A stretch of DNA of 63,600 nucleotides, counting the filler, from Rhabdomonas costata (taxonomy: Eukaryota): the NCBI GenBank assembly GCA_019059605.1. It is 35 parts of 35 records of this genome, joined end to end, with 100 filler letters (N's around TTAATTAATTAA, not from the genome) between each part and the next. Parts side by side here need not be neighbours in the genome. Positions count along the whole stretch, not along the records: positions 61,884 to 63,600 come from JAHMHO010010135.1; 34 more parts are not named here. The stretch is one strand, 5' to 3'. The position numbers were made by a program, and so were the translations under genes. The notes under the pieces are model-generated. The model did not search any database, was not told where the DNA came from, and was given only the letters and a program-made list of their open reading frames with translations. Of this stretch, positions 62,432-63,600 are shown piece by piece. How positions within the stretch are numbered: position 1 is the first letter of the stretch; each line of letters opens with the position of its first letter.

Positions 62432-63467
62432 CTACTCCGGCGCCTGGCCACGGTGGTGTTGGCGATCCCGCCCAACAACAAGCCCATTCTCAGTGCGATT
62501 CTGGAGCAGCTCATCGCGGCGCTGCGCCGGGGCCACCCCAAGCTCTCCCGCCACGCTCTGCTGTGCCTGAGGGTGCTGGTGTTCCGGGTGGAGTCGCAGT
62601 ACCTGGCCTCGCTGTGGCCAACTATCATGGCAAGCCCGCACGCGTCTGCACTCACTCCCACAGCGTGTGCCCAACCAGCCAAAGGATACCAGGGTCTGCT
62701 CAGAAGGCTTGCAGGTTCAAGAGAGCAAGGCACAGGTAGGTCACCGTGTCCCTTGAACCTGCAAGCCTTCTGAGCAGCGGCCTAATTGCCGTTTGAGGAA
62801 CGAGTTTGGTGGGGTGGGAGGTGGTGTTATCCGTGGGGGCCGGCAGGCTGCATTTTCTACGGCCATGGGGTGCAACTTGCTCGGGAAACAGCGCCTTTCT
62901 CACCACTCGAAACCTTGGGGAACCTTGAGAATGCTATCGAACCCACCTCCTTGGGCTCTGCCGTGGCTCTCCACGAATGCGCGGGAACTGCAGACCCAGC
63001 ATTGAATGATCGAAGACAATGCCCAGAAACGACGAAAAAACGCACTGGGAATCTTGCTACTTTCCTGCGCTTCGCGGCCCATTTTGAAAAAACGCCAGAG
63101 AACATTTGCATCGCCTCCCTTCTTTTAAACTTGCATCTCATCTCTTATGTTTGGTGGGGTTAGAGAGACCTTTTTGCTACCACCCTAAGCAATCTTAAAT
63201 AGTGTCCCCGGTAAAGCGGAACGGCCTCCTCTCTATCTCTCTCGGCGCGCTACACCACAGGAGGAGGTGATCCGCCTCCTGAACAGCAGCGGGCTCTTGG
63301 ACCTCACCGCCCCCCTGGTCACCAGCCCGGAAGGAGCCTCCCCCCAGCTGCTTCACCTGGAGGTAGTGCTGGAGGCGCTGAAGTTGACGGAGCTTGCCGA
63401 GGCCGCACTGCCGTTCCCGTTTCACGTCTTCCAGTGGATCTACAGCCGCACCTCCACCCCGGGGCAG
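62432..63467 (+). CDS. DOP1: Dopey (DOP1) family protein, C-terminal region; exons 62432-62629 and 63261-63467 (GC-AG intron)
   Basis: LLRRLATVV...ILEQLIAALR...ALLCLRVLVFRVESQYLASLWPTIM-EEVIRLL...LEALKLTELA....PFHVFQWIY. This follows the Dopey C-terminal pattern LKRLAF...RVLLLR.SP..L.SLWP.M..EL...ACK.LD....F..Y.W.F. Confidence 0.82.
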
Positions 63468-63600
63468 GTGTGGGCCCCTGCCGCGTGGCTCTCGGGCAGT
63501 TAGTCCCTCAATGTTATGTGTTATCAGTTTGTCTGTGGAATTGGGAAGACACCCGAAATCCGGAGGGGACCAGATTTCGGGTGTCTTCCCAATTCCACAA

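Overview
This is not one genomic locus. It is 35 unrelated contigs of about 1.72 kb each, joined by identical 100-nt spacers (44 N + TTAATTAATTAA + 44 N). Most contigs start with G/T-only sequence and end with C/A-only sequence, and several carry terminal fold-back inverted repeats, which points to whole-genome-amplified DNA. The source is an intron-rich eukaryote using the standard code. Manual splicing recovers partial multi-exon genes: ankyrin-repeat protein, PstS-like phosphate-binding domain, SPFH/HIR protein, CRAL-TRIO/Sec14, V-ATPase c'' subunit, kelch protein, SMC4, a REJ/polycystin-like protein, an MGCGSS acylated protein, a CABLES-like cyclin, an SRPK-like kinase, a CCCH zinc-finger protein, a class III adenylate cyclase, a GDA1/CD39 apyrase, a midasin-like AAA, a Nudix hydrolase, ALG5 and Dopey. 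There are also decayed CRE-like and Penelope-like retroelements, a dispersed MITE-like repeat and an interstitial (CCCTAA)n tract. The CCCH architecture, the SRPK activation-segment insert and the presence of ALG5 suggest a free-living euglenozoan (euglenid or diplonemid) rather than a trypanosomatid; this is inference. The strongest window-wide signal is the splicing code. About 4 of about 37 protein-supported donors are GC, three of the four lack the usual compensating consensus, and most donors have a pyrimidine at +4. All family calls come from motif recognition by eye; no database search was run.
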